Below, piece by piece: positions 19,449 to 29,029 of a stretch of DNA of 64,000 nucleotides. The position numbers and the translations under genes are program-made. The stretch's first letter is position 1, and the number at the start of each line of letters is the position of its first letter. The DNA comes from an uncultured Candidatus Actinomarina sp. (GTDB lineage: Bacteria > Actinomycetota > Acidimicrobiia > Actinomarinales > Actinomarinaceae), in the NCBI GenBank assembly GCA_902565645.1, contig CACFFJ010000002.1:39105-103104 (forward strand). Reading direction: 5' to 3'. The notes beneath the pieces are model-generated. The model ran no database searches, had not been told where the DNA came from, and saw only the letters and a list, made by a program, of their open reading frames with translations.

Positions 19449-20000
19449 ATGTTTGAATTCTTTGTTTTCGCATTCGTTACCGCAATAACCCCTGGTCCTA
19501 ATAATTCAATGTTAATGGCATCCGGAATAAAATTTGGCAGAAAAGCATCGTTACCTCACTTTTTAGGTATTTGGCTTGGGTTTTCTTTTTTGTTTCTTGT
19601 TGGTGGAGTTGTATTATCCTTTGTTCCAGAATTTATTCTTGGATACTTACAGTATTTTGGTTATGCGGTTATTACATATATAGCATACAAAATAGCAACT
19701 ACAAAAACATCGGAAAATAAGGAAGCAGGAATTAAAAAACCTCTTACCTTTATTCAAGGATGTTTATTCCAGTGGATAAACCCAAAAGGCCTAGTTATGG
19801 CAATTTCAGGATTAACAGCATTTAACATATCTAGTCTGCAGGGAGCAGCTATTTACTTCTCGGTTCTTCCTTTTTGTGTAGGAATATGGCTTGTTCTTGG
19901 AGAGAGCTTGCAAACAACATTAAGAAAAAATTCAACCCTTGAAAGAGCTGTTTATGTAGCTCTGGGTTTGAGCATGATTGCTAGTCTGCTCTTAGCTTAA
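19449..20000 (+). CDS. LysE/RhtB-family amino-acid exporter
   Basis: An N-terminal FAFVTAITPGPNN motif characteristic of LysE/RhtB translocators. Confidence 0.7.
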   Translation: MFEFFVFAFVTAITPGPNNSMLMASGIKFGRKASLPHFLGIWLGFSFLFLVGGVVLSFVPEFILGYLQYFGYAVITYIAYKIATTKTSENKEAGIKKPLTFIQGCLFQWINPKGLVMAISGLTAFNISSLQGAAIYFSVLPFCVGIWLVLGESLQTTLRKNSTLERAVYVALGLSMIASLLLA

Positions 20001-21242
20001 TCTCTGAACTTTCGTTATTTTTGATAATTCATCTGAAAAAGATACAGATCCGTCTTCTTGTTGGTTGTTTTCAATTAGTGCTATTAGTATTCTGCCAACA
20101 GCTAAAGCTGTGCCGTTTAATGTGTGGATTAAAGAGGTGTCTTTTTCTTTTTTAGTTCTTATATTTAATCTTCTTGATTGATAGTCTGTAGTGTTTGAAC
20201 AGGAAGTAACTTCTCTATAAGTCTCTTCACTAGGTATCCAGGCTTCTATGTCATACTTCTTTGCAGCTGATGCACCCAAATCTCCTGAACATACATCAAC
20301 AACCCTGTATGGAATCTCTAAATCTCGAAGAATCTCTTCTTCAATGGACAATAAATATTCATGTTCATCTTTTGACTTTTCGGGATCACAGAAAGAAAAC
20401 ATTTCTACTTTATCAAATTGATGAACTCTAAATATTCCTGTTGTGTCCTTCCCGTAAGTGCCTGCTTCTCTCCTAAAGCATGTTGAAAATCCCGCGTATC
20501 TTAGTGGGAGTGACTTATGTTCCAATATCTCATCACCATGTAATGCTGCTAAAGATACTTCAGATGTACCAACTAAAAAAAGATCGTCATTTGGAATTTC
20601 ATATACTTGCTCTGCGTCGTCTGGAAAAAATCCTGTTCCATAGAGTGCGTTTTCTCTTACCAAAACTGGAGGAACTGTCGGAGTAAAACCTTTTTCTGAT
20701 AATTTATTAAGAACATATGAAACCAAGTTAAACTCAATTTTTACTAAATCTCCAAATATATATGAAAATCTTGATCCAGAAACTTCTGATGCCTTCTCGA
20801 CGTTAATAAGGCCTAACGATTCTCCAATCTCTAGGTGGTTTTTTGGATTTTTGTATTCTTTAACTTCTCCAATCTTCTTTATTTCCTTATTATCTTCTTC
20901 AGAGGAGCCAACCGGACTGGTTACATCAACAATATTTGGTATCTTTACCCAATGCTCAAAAAATAGTTTTTCTTCTTTTTCAGCAATAACAGAGAGTTTT
21001 TTAAATTTATCACTCAATTCTGTTGCTTTAGGCAATAATTCATCTTTGGTTTTTTTATCAGATTTAGCTATTTCCTTGCTTAGTTTATTTTGTTCTGCTC
21101 TTACTTGTTCAGCCTCAAACTTTGCTTTTCTTCTTTTATCATCTAATTCAATTAAAACATCAAGGTCTAGCTCTATTTCTCTTTTCTGAAGATTTTCTTT
21201 AAATTCTTCAAGATTTTTATTGAGTATTTGTGGATCTAGCAT
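19992..21242 (-). CDS. serS: seryl-tRNA synthetase
   Basis: MLDPQILNKNLEEFKENLQKREI coiled-coil N-terminus, class II aaRS core (FRREAGTYGKDTTGIFRVHQF), 416 aa. Confidence 0.9.
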   Translation of the reverse strand: MLDPQILNKNLEEFKENLQKREIELDLDVLIELDDKRRKAKFEAEQVRAEQNKLSKEIAKSDKKTKDELLPKATELSDKFKKLSVIAEKEEKLFFEHWVKIPNIVDVTSPVGSSEEDNKEIKKIGEVKEYKNPKNHLEIGESLGLINVEKASEVSGSRFSYIFGDLVKIEFNLVSYVLNKLSEKGFTPTVPPVLVRENALYGTGFFPDDAEQVYEIPNDDLFLVGTSEVSLAALHGDEILEHKSLPLRYAGFSTCFRREAGTYGKDTTGIFRVHQFDKVEMFSFCDPEKSKDEHEYLLSIEEEILRDLEIPYRVVDVCSGDLGASAAKKYDIEAWIPSEETYREVTSCSNTTDYQSRRLNIRTKKEKDTSLIHTLNGTALAVGRILIALIENNQQEDGSVSFSDELSKITKVQRLS

Positions 21243-21245
21243 TCT

Positions 21246-22235
21246 CTAACCTTCAGGAGGGATAAAGCCTGTTGTAATATATAAATTATCATCTAGTTCT
21301 TCTTCGTTCTCTACTTCTTCAATCTTAATAAACCATTCATGTAAAACACCTGGTTCAATCTGTATAGCATCTGTAAAGTAGCTTTTACTCTCCAATGGCT
21401 TAATTGAGTTAATTTTAGCTCTTTTCTCGTAAATTGACTCTCCATACTCATCAGAAACAAGAATTAAAATAATAACTTCAAATTCTTCAATGTTTCCTTC
21501 ATTGGCTATAACAACCTGCAAGGCTGTTGGTTCATCAAGCAACACGCTGTATCCATCTTCGGTAATTGTTATTGGTTTTGGAGTAAAGTCTATCCCAGTT
21601 ATTGCTAAGTCTCTTCTGAGAAAAAGACCTTCTGAGCTTTCCCTTGCTCGGCTAACAATAATGTCTGCAAATCTATAGGCACTTGATTCAAGTTCTGTAT
21701 ATTGTATTAAATAAAAGTCTGGTAGAAATATATTTTCAGAATCTGCTTTTGTATTTATCAAATTTATAAAATCTTCATAAGCTTTATCGCCTATAGACAA
21801 ATCCACTATGCTTTGTGCTATAGATTCTTCTATGTTTTGTGAGTATTCATTATCAATTAAAGTTATTATTGAGACTTGAAAAGTTTCTAATCCTTTAAGC
21901 CATGAAGTGGTAGATATTTCAAGTAAGTCTTTCTCCTTGCTGGTAAAACTATCATCTGAGTTAGAAATTAAATTATAGGCTTCTTGAGCATTGCTAACTA
22001 TTCCATTAAGAATTTTTTCAAATTGTTCTCTGTTGATCTCATCAAAATTTAAAAGTAAAGAAAAGTCTTGAGATGATTTTTTATGAAGACTTGAAGCTAC
22101 TGATGCGTCTTCCAGAAATGAGTTAAGTTTTGCTGAGTTCGAATAATTTTCGTAGTATCTGAAACCTAATAAAGCCAGGGCAATACTAACCACAATAGGT
22201 AGTAATTTTCTTAATATTCTAAATAAAATACTCAT
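21246..22235 (-). CDS. hypothetical membrane-anchored protein (single N-terminal TM, large extracytoplasmic domain)
   Basis: 329 aa; N-terminal hydrophobic anchor (LLPIVVSIALALLGF), acidic C-terminus; no family recognised. Confidence 0.35.
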   Translation of the reverse strand: MSILFRILRKLLPIVVSIALALLGFRYYENYSNSAKLNSFLEDASVASSLHKKSSQDFSLLLNFDEINREQFEKILNGIVSNAQEAYNLISNSDDSFTSKEKDLLEISTTSWLKGLETFQVSIITLIDNEYSQNIEESIAQSIVDLSIGDKAYEDFINLINTKADSENIFLPDFYLIQYTELESSAYRFADIIVSRARESSEGLFLRRDLAITGIDFTPKPITITEDGYSVLLDEPTALQVVIANEGNIEEFEVIILILVSDEYGESIYEKRAKINSIKPLESKSYFTDAIQIEPGVLHEWFIKIEEVENEEELDDNLYITTGFIPPEG

Positions 22236-22321
22236 AATTTTATAACTAACTTTTACTTTATTTTTTCTACTTTATATAGTCTAAGAAAACAAATGTATTT
22301 CACAACTAAGATTATTAATGA

Positions 22322-22981
22322 ATGGATAAAATAAAAATTACTTGGTCCGTAAGGTCTGAATGTGGCCCTGAGAGGAAAAAAAATGAGGATAGTGTATTTC
22401 CCGTTTCTTCAGGGAATAAATATCTTCCTTTTAAAGCAGCTATATGTGATGGGCTTGGGGGTCATGCTAAGGGAGAAGTTGCAAGTAAAATTGCAGCAGA
22501 ATCAATGGATACTGATGAAAATGATCTCGTAACAATTATTGAAAAAGCTAATAAAAAAATCGTTGAGGAGCAAAATAACAACTCCGGGTCTGGGGGGATG
22601 GGAACTACAATGACCGCTCTTATAATAGATGAAGATGGTTTAATGCAAGTTGGTCATGTTGGTGATAGTCGTTGTTATGTCCTCTCGGATAGAAATATTG
22701 TAAAGATTACAGATGACCAAAATGTTCCTGGTTATAAAAATGTTTTAAAACAAGCACTCGGGACAAAAGATAAGCTAGACATACAAAAAGTAGATTTCCA
22801 ACTAAACAACGGAGATGTTATTCTTTTGTGTACTGACGGTCTATACAATGAATTTGGTGAGGAATATATAAAAAAACGACTCCAGGAAGGTGTTACAGCT
22901 GATACTTTAGTCGGTGAGGCTTTACTCCAAAATCCTAGCGATAATGTCTCAGCAATAATTATGAATGTTTTTAAGAAATGA
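22322..22981 (+). CDS. pstP: PP2C-family Ser/Thr protein phosphatase
   Basis: AAICDGLGGHAKGEVAS and later DGLYNEF are PPM metal-binding motifs. It lies directly upstream of, and overlaps, the PASTA kinase. Confidence 0.75.
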   Translation: MDKIKITWSVRSECGPERKKNEDSVFPVSSGNKYLPFKAAICDGLGGHAKGEVASKIAAESMDTDENDLVTIIEKANKKIVEEQNNNSGSGGMGTTMTALIIDEDGLMQVGHVGDSRCYVLSDRNIVKITDDQNVPGYKNVLKQALGTKDKLDIQKVDFQLNNGDVILLCTDGLYNEFGEEYIKKRLQEGVTADTLVGEALLQNPSDNVSAIIMNVFKK

Positions 22982-24747
22982 ATATTGGACAAATAATTAA
23001 AGATAGATATAAAGTAGTTGAGCTGCTTGGGGAAGGTGGCATGGCTTTTGTTTATAAAGCAAGAGATATGCAACTTGAAAGAGATGTTGCAATTAAAACA
23101 TTAAAACCAAACTACGTAGATCAAATTACATTCGTTGAGAGATTTAAGAGAGAAGCTCAAACTGCTGCAAATTTAAACCATCCAAATATTGTTCAAATTT
23201 TTGATTGGGGTATTGAAGAGGAACCTTACTTTGTTATGGAATATATTGAAGGAAATACTTTAACATCAATTATTGCAAGTAAAAGGTCTGTTAGCCTAAG
23301 CGATGCTCTTTTTATTGGAGCACAGGTTGCAAATGGTTTACAGGCTGCACACTCACAAGGCCTTGTTCATAGAGATATTAAGCCTGGAAATATAATGATA
23401 ACGCCAGATGGAAAAGTTAAGGTAACTGACTTTGGTATAGTCTCAATTCAAGATGAAGAAAGTGATATTACAAAAACAGGATCAATATTAGGTACAGCTA
23501 GTTATATTTCTCCTGAGCAAGCTCAGGGTAAGTCTGTTTCAACTCAGTCAGATCTATATTCCTTAGGAACGGTTTTATATGAACTTATTACTGGAAACCC
23601 TCCTTTTGAGGCTGAATCGCCAATAGCAACAGCAACAAAACATTTGACAGAAAAGCCTGAGAAACCATCTAAATATAGAAAAGATCTTCCTAGGGGGATA
23701 GAAACAGCGATACTTAAACTGCTTCATAAAAATGCAAATGATAGATATAAAAGCGCCGAAGATTTAAGAGCTTCTCTCCTGCAGCAAAGAAATCAACTCC
23801 AAATGCTTCAAACACAGGAGAATTTAGTAGATTTAACTAACCCAAATATTAAATATAAATTCACTCTTCCAGCTTTAATTGTCTCTATTGCTTTAGTAGT
23901 GGGGACATTTTGGACACTATCAAGAATTTTTGAAGGTCTTCCTGCAGACGGAGGTGCTCCAACATTAATTGAAATACCTGATTTAACTGGAAGCGATCAA
24001 GCAGAAGCCCTAAGTCAACTCCAAAGTCTCGGTTTTAAAGTGGGAATTGAAAATTCTGCTGATCCGAATGTCCCTTCTGGTTCGGTTATAAAGACACAGC
24101 CTGCTGCAAATATTGTTACTAGCCCTGATTCTTTGGTAACTATTATTGTCTCAGTTGGCCCAGAAGCTTTCCCTATACCCTACATAGTTGATCTTGAAAC
24201 AGCTAGAGGTACATACATAATAGAGCAAAGTGGTTTTACAATTGGACAGAAAATTGAAGTTAACGATGATACTGTCCCTAGAGGTTTCATAATATCTCAA
24301 AACCCAGTTGCAGGAACCAAAATGAGTCCAGGATCTACGGTAGACCTTGTTATCTCAACAGGCCCTAGTCTTATTGAAATTAGCGACCTTTCTAGAAAGT
24401 CTTTGGTTGATGCAATACAGATTCTTGAAACTTTAGGCCTTGAATATGAGTTTGTTGAGGAGTATTCTCCGGATGTTTCGGTAGGGCTTGTTTCACACAC
24501 TACACCAGAAGCAGGAGAAATAGTCACACCTGATCAAATAGTTACAGTTATTGTATCTTTAGGGATAAAGATAGAAGTTCCTGAAGTTGACGGTTTAAAT
24601 TATCAAGAAGCATTAGATATATTAGAAGAAGCTGGTCTTTTAGCAACTGTTGTGGGTGATTCTAGCGGAAGAATTGTAAAACAAATTCCTAGAAAAGGAG
24701 AGTTTGTCGATCCAAATACACCAGTAGAGTTAACTTTTGAAGACTGA
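22978..24747 (+). CDS. pknB: Ser/Thr protein kinase with C-terminal PASTA repeats (PknB-like)
   Basis: GxGGMAFVYKA glycine loop, VAIK, HRDIKPGNIMI, DFGI and APE motifs. A TM segment (ALIVSIALVVGTFW) is followed by repeated PASTA-like modules. Confidence 0.85.
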   Translation: MNIGQIIKDRYKVVELLGEGGMAFVYKARDMQLERDVAIKTLKPNYVDQITFVERFKREAQTAANLNHPNIVQIFDWGIEEEPYFVMEYIEGNTLTSIIASKRSVSLSDALFIGAQVANGLQAAHSQGLVHRDIKPGNIMITPDGKVKVTDFGIVSIQDEESDITKTGSILGTASYISPEQAQGKSVSTQSDLYSLGTVLYELITGNPPFEAESPIATATKHLTEKPEKPSKYRKDLPRGIETAILKLLHKNANDRYKSAEDLRASLLQQRNQLQMLQTQENLVDLTNPNIKYKFTLPALIVSIALVVGTFWTLSRIFEGLPADGGAPTLIEIPDLTGSDQAEALSQLQSLGFKVGIENSADPNVPSGSVIKTQPAANIVTSPDSLVTIIVSVGPEAFPIPYIVDLETARGTYIIEQSGFTIGQKIEVNDDTVPRGFIISQNPVAGTKMSPGSTVDLVISTGPSLIEISDLSRKSLVDAIQILETLGLEYEFVEEYSPDVSVGLVSHTTPEAGEIVTPDQIVTVIVSLGIKIEVPEVDGLNYQEALDILEEAGLLATVVGDSSGRIVKQIPRKGEFVDPNTPVELTFED

Positions 24748-25570
24748 TTTAATTTATTTTAAGCAGAACTTAAGAAAGTGGCATAAAGATAATAATAGAA
24801 AATATTCCTGGAGAGACAGTTCAGATCCCTGGAAAATATTTCTTATAGAGGTCCTCTCTCAGCAAACCCAATTAGAAAGAGCTAATAAATATTACAACAA
24901 ATTTATATCAGAGTTCCCAAAGCCAGTAAATATGGCAAAGGCTTCAAAAAGAAAAGTTTTAAAGCTATGGTCCGGGTTGGGTTACAACAATAGAGCAATA
25001 AGACTTCATGATTCATCTAAGGTTTTAAGTAAAAAAGGGTTTGACGGTGTGTATCCTAATTTTAAAGAGCTGCCCGGTGTTGGTGAATATACAAATTCTG
25101 CATTGCTTTCTTTTGCTTATAATGAAAAAGTTATAACTTTGGATACAAATGTAAAAAGAATTATTGGAAGATACTTTAAAGTTGATGATATTGATAATTT
25201 TATTAAAGATAATAAAAATGATTTATTAAATAGATTTAACTCAAGAGACTTTAATCAATCACTTATGGACTTGGGGTCTTTAATTTGTACTAGTCGTAAC
25301 CCGAAGTGTTCAGTATGCCCTTTGGAGAAAAATTGTATGAAATATATTAAAGAAGTTAGCAAGAAAAATACGCCTTTTAAAAATTCAAATAGGGAAAAAA
25401 GAGGCAAAATTGTAAAAATTTTAATAAATAGTAAAAAGGTTACCTCAAAAGATCTTGCAAAAAGATTAGAAATTGATGAGGATAAAATAACTCAATTAAT
25501 AGAAGCACTCAAAAAAGATGGGGTTGTTAAGGCTTCTAAAAATAAATACATTGAAATTAATAGCAATTAA
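24737..25570 (+). CDS. HhH-GPD adenine DNA glycosylase (MutY-like, short form without NUDIX-like domain) with 4Fe-4S cluster loop
   Basis: WHKDNNRKYSWR...DPWKIFLIEVLSQQTQ resembles the MutY N-terminus. The cluster loop is C-x6-C-x2-C-x5-C (CTSRNPKCSVCPLEKNC). 277 aa. Confidence 0.6.
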   Translation: MKTDLIYFKQNLRKWHKDNNRKYSWRDSSDPWKIFLIEVLSQQTQLERANKYYNKFISEFPKPVNMAKASKRKVLKLWSGLGYNNRAIRLHDSSKVLSKKGFDGVYPNFKELPGVGEYTNSALLSFAYNEKVITLDTNVKRIIGRYFKVDDIDNFIKDNKNDLLNRFNSRDFNQSLMDLGSLICTSRNPKCSVCPLEKNCMKYIKEVSKKNTPFKNSNREKRGKIVKILINSKKVTSKDLAKRLEIDEDKITQLIEALKKDGVVKASKNKYIEINSN

Positions 25571-25584
25571 GATAAAATCCTTTT

Positions 25585-25839
25585 ATGCCAGTTTCAAAAA
25601 AGAGAGTTCGAAAAGCTGAACCGACTAAATCAAAGAAAATTTCTTCTCAAACTTTTGGAGATAAAGGTCCTTCTCCTAGATGGTATATAATCACAATGTC
25701 TGTATTGATGATTATCGGTGTGTTGATTATAGTTCTCAACTACCTAACAGTACTTCCTGGTTCAGTTTCAAACTGGTATTTATGGAGTGGTCTTGGCCTA
25801 ATTGGTATAGGTTTTGTTATGACAACAGAATATCGCTAA
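25585..25839 (+). CDS. crgA: cell-division membrane protein CrgA
   Basis: 84 aa with a basic N-terminus (MPVSKKRVRK), two TM helices and a C-terminal MTTEYR (compare actinobacterial CrgA ...TTRWR). Confidence 0.65.
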   Translation: MPVSKKRVRKAEPTKSKKISSQTFGDKGPSPRWYIITMSVLMIIGVLIIVLNYLTVLPGSVSNWYLWSGLGLIGIGFVMTTEYR

Positions 25840-25911
25840 CTATTAATTTCTGTTAATCCCTCTGCTCTTAACTCGTTTGTTTGATTTTCTCTAGAAAAAC
25901 TCAATTGATAC

Positions 25912-26145
25912 TCAATCGTCTAATGGCGTCATCTCTTCCTTGCAGTGCTTAGGAGGATCATTCGCAACTACTGATTGAAAATTTACTGTTAATTCAGTTC
26001 CACAAGCTTCACATAAAAAAGATTGTGCTGTCTCTAATACGTCTGTTGGGTCTATCTCTGGAGGAGTATTTGCTAAAGACCCAATGGAGTTTTTTAAAAA
26101 TCGAAAAACAATAAACCCAATAAAGAGGGCAATTAAAATTTCCAT
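25912..26145 (-). CDS. hypothetical small protein (N-terminal TM, C-terminal CxxC...HC)
   Basis: 77-aa ORF; no family assigned. Confidence 0.3.
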   Translation of the reverse strand: MEILIALFIGFIVFRFLKNSIGSLANTPPEIDPTDVLETAQSFLCEACGTELTVNFQSVVANDPPKHCKEEMTPLDD

Positions 26146-26340
26146 TTATAAAGAAAGATATCTATAGACAGATATAAGTATTGCAATAATTATCCATGCA
26201 GTGGCAACACCTTTTGTCCCCATTTTTTTACTTGCAGCTTGTTTACGTTTTCTGGCTCTGTCTTGTATGGTGCCTTCAATTGATTCTTTTAATTCAGAAA
26301 GCTGCTCATCGTTTAAATCTTGAAAATCTTTTTTATCCAT
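26146..26340 (-). CDS. hypothetical small tail-anchored protein
   Basis: Start set at ATG 26340 (MDKKDFQDLNDEQLSELK...). The longer tracked ORF reaches 26418 and runs into the tRNA-Ala gene. Confidence 0.3.
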   Translation of the reverse strand: MDKKDFQDLNDEQLSELKESIEGTIQDRARKRKQAASKKMGTKGVATAWIIIAILISVYRYLSL

Positions 26341-26360
26341 ACAAATAGAATACCTTATCG

Positions 26361-26433
26361 TGGAGATGATGGGACTTGAACCCACGACCCCCTGCTTGCA
26401 AAGCAGGTGCTCTTCCAACTGAGCTACATCCCC
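26361..26433 (-). tRNA. tRNA-Ala (anticodon TGC)
   Basis: The reverse complement is GGGGATGTAGCTCAGTTGG...anticodon loop uuUGCaa...GGTTCAAGTCCCATCATCTCCA. Confidence 0.8.
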
Positions 26434-26522
26434 TCGCTTTTTATATTATGCCCTGTTTCTTAGTGTAAATGAAAAAATTTTAGAAATATTTCAATTTCTT
26501 TACTAATGTATATATGACGAAA

Positions 26523-26597
26523 GGGCCTATAGCTCAGCCTGGTTAGAGCGCATCCCTGATAAGGATGAGGTCGTTAGTTCAAATCTAACTAGGCCCA
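26523..26597 (+). tRNA. tRNA-Ile (anticodon GAT)
   Basis: GGGCCTATAGCTCAGCCTGGTTAGAGC...anticodon loop cuGAUaa...GGTTCAAATCTAACTAGGCCCA, followed by a T-run. Confidence 0.8.
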
Positions 26598-26602
26598 CTT
26601 TT

Positions 26603-28486
26603 TTAAGAATCAATCACATTTCTCTTAGCATGGTCTAACCAAAGTTCTCTTATTTCATCAGGCATTTCGTTTTCATCCAAACTAAAAATAAACCACTGCC
26701 CTTTTGAAGAGTCCTCTGAAGTAGGCGAATATCCCTCATCGTCTTTAGTCCAACTTCTTGGTGGTTGAGGTATGTTAAGGAAATATGGCTTAATTGGTAG
26801 AGCTTCAATTTTAGCTATTACCATCTTATGCATTTCAACTTCTTTAGTTTCAAATTCATCTAAACAACCACTTATGTGTTCTGGCCCAAAAGCTCTTTTA
26901 CCTATTCCTGGAAAACTACTCCAGGTAACTTTATCTCTTTGTACTATTTCCATAATTGCTTGAAATTGGATATCAAAAAATCTCTCTGTGTGCCTATAGT
27001 CACAAAAACCATCAAGTGTGAAGCTTACATGGTCAGCCTCAGAAAAGGAAAGATTCTTCCAGTGTTGACCGTAAGCTGGGTTCGTGTTGCTAGCTGGATA
27101 GTCTGGATCTCCGTCGTCGTAACTTATATAAGAAGCTACCCAAATAAAACCTTTAAAATATTTTTTTACTTCAGAAATAATTGCATCTAAATACCATTGA
27201 GCTAGGTCAACCTGTTCTGATGGCGATAAGTTGTACAAAAAAGAATATTGTGTAAATGGTACTTCAATTTCTGTATGTAATATACTATTCAGCTGAATCA
27301 TCTCTGCTTTTACTCTTTCAGCGGCCTTAGCCTTCATGGTGTAAGCAGGTATAGTCACATTAGCAACAAACTCCTTAAACTCTTCAACGTTGTTTAGTTT
27401 AATTTTGTAATCTTCAAGATCGCCTTGTACTACATATACATTGGAGCACATATCAAGATCAGCATAAATTCTTCGCCCTTTTTTCTTCTCAACTATGTAA
27501 GCAACTGTAGCCCCTCTTATTTCTTCATCCATCCAATAATTATCAAGTTGATACTTTCCATCAGAATCTAAAATTGCCTGAGGGCATCTCATACTGTCAT
27601 ATTCTTCATCATATTTTGGAGGCATTGACATATTCCCTAAAGATGGAGAAAAATTAAATTTTACTTCTGCAAAATATGGATCTGTCATAATTCTGTCCCA
27701 GAGTGGAGGAAATAGAACACTTTCACTGTTTCTAATGCCAAATGGGTTAGCATACATTGCATACCTTACTTGATTTGGCATTTCATATCTTTCCAAACCC
27801 TTTAAATGACATTCAAGTTGTTCCCAAGAAGGTCGATAATGATCTGCAAATTCTACAAATACATCAAGCGGAATACAGTGTCCTTCCCAAACTTCAGCTA
27901 AAGGGTGGGTTAGGGATTCCGGAGAAGCTCTAAAACATGGTTCCAATAATTTATATTCTTGCTCAGTAATCGTATGTGTTCCAGCTTTAATTGCCCTCAT
28001 AGTTTTTTTGCCTACTGCTTCAGCACCACATTTCCATTCATCAGGAGTGGGAATATAACCAAGAACAAACTGGTCCATCTTTGGGTCATCGGTTCTAATC
28101 CATCCACCTTGTATGGTACGAATATCTGCAATCCTCTCTTCAACGGTCATGTCGTCTACATCTTCATCTTTATCTTTTGGGCCTTCTTCATCTTTATCTT
28201 TTGGGCCTTCTTCATCTTTATCTTTTGGGCCTTCTACAAGGTCACATGTTTGAATCTTGTTTCTTTCATCTTGTGTAGGCTCTCTACTACCTGTTTGAAA
28301 TTCTCTTACAACTGAAACACCTAGCCTCTCATCCATGCACTCAAGGGAATATGGTAATTCATACAACTCTCTCCAGTTGCTCTCTTGATTAACAGAAGGT
28401 TTAGTTTCTTGCTGCTCTTCCTGGATGCTTGCTCCTGAGCCACCACACATAGTAAGAATGAGAAAAACTATTAAATATTTCTTCAT
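26603..28486 (-). CDS. large secreted Cys-rich protein (possibly a lipoprotein) with EGPKDKDE tandem repeats; function unknown
   Basis: 627 aa. Signal peptide MKKYLIVFLILTMCGGSGAS. The N-terminal two-Cys module (ECMDERLGVSVV...QTC) is related to the small proteins at 40.3-45.4 kb. Three 10-aa repeats follow. Confidence 0.5.
   Translation of the reverse strand: MKKYLIVFLILTMCGGSGASIQEEQQETKPSVNQESNWRELYELPYSLECMDERLGVSVVREFQTGSREPTQDERNKIQTCDLVEGPKDKDEEGPKDKDEEGPKDKDEDVDDMTVEERIADIRTIQGGWIRTDDPKMDQFVLGYIPTPDEWKCGAEAVGKKTMRAIKAGTHTITEQEYKLLEPCFRASPESLTHPLAEVWEGHCIPLDVFVEFADHYRPSWEQLECHLKGLERYEMPNQVRYAMYANPFGIRNSESVLFPPLWDRIMTDPYFAEVKFNFSPSLGNMSMPPKYDEEYDSMRCPQAILDSDGKYQLDNYWMDEEIRGATVAYIVEKKKGRRIYADLDMCSNVYVVQGDLEDYKIKLNNVEEFKEFVANVTIPAYTMKAKAAERVKAEMIQLNSILHTEIEVPFTQYSFLYNLSPSEQVDLAQWYLDAIISEVKKYFKGFIWVASYISYDDGDPDYPASNTNPAYGQHWKNLSFSEADHVSFTLDGFCDYRHTERFFDIQFQAIMEIVQRDKVTWSSFPGIGKRAFGPEHISGCLDEFETKEVEMHKMVIAKIEALPIKPYFLNIPQPPRSWTKDDEGYSPTSEDSSKGQWFIFSLDENEMPDEIRELWLDHAKRNVIDS
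28140..28250 (-). repeat. 30-nt coding tandem repeat x3 (EGPKDKDEEG) inside the 26603-28486 gene
   Basis: catctttatcttttgggccttcttcatctttatcttttgggccttcttcatctttatcttttgggcc is seen directly. Confidence 0.85.
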
Positions 28487-28563
28487 ACTTTAATCCTACA
28501 AAACCTTTTCAAAACTGGAGGTAAAGGGTACAAAAAAAAAGACTTTTTATGGTTTAATAAAGC

Positions 28564-29025
28564 ATGAGTAGTTTAAGAGATAAAATAAAAATGTCTGAAG
28601 AGGAATTGTCTTCATTCCTACAAAAACAAATATCTTTACAAATAGGAACTATAAACAAGGATGGAAGTCCCCACCTTACAACCATGTGGTATTTCTATGA
28701 TGGTGAAAACTTTATTTTTCATACTTATACAAAATCTCAAAAAATTATTAACTTAAAAAGAGATTCTAGAATTACTCTTTTAACAGAAGCTGGTAGTCAA
28801 TACTCCGACCTTCAGGGAATAATTGTTTATGGAAATGCAGAAATTATAAATGGAAAAGATAGCCTAGAAGAGGTAATCAGATACATGGAAATGGTTGGAG
28901 AGAAGTATGTTAAAGATGAAGATGGTTCTCAATATATAGAGGGTATGAAACTTCAAGCTCCTAAAAGATCTGTTGTTATTGTCAAGCCATCTAAATTTAT
29001 TTCCTGGGATCATACTAAAATTTAA
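28564..29025 (+). CDS. pyridoxamine 5'-phosphate oxidase-like FMN/F420-binding split-barrel protein
   Basis: 153 aa; ...GTINKDGSPHLTTMWYFYDGENFIFHT is the PNPOx-like (PPOX class) N-terminal pattern. Confidence 0.6.
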   Translation: MSSLRDKIKMSEEELSSFLQKQISLQIGTINKDGSPHLTTMWYFYDGENFIFHTYTKSQKIINLKRDSRITLLTEAGSQYSDLQGIIVYGNAEIINGKDSLEEVIRYMEMVGEKYVKDEDGSQYIEGMKLQAPKRSVVIVKPSKFISWDHTKI

Positions 29026-29029
29026 GATT

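Noticed and set aside
26341-26418. N-terminal 26 codons of tracked ORF 26146-26418
   Set aside because: This segment is the tRNA-Ala(TGC) gene on the same strand, so the small protein is annotated from the internal ATG at 26340.
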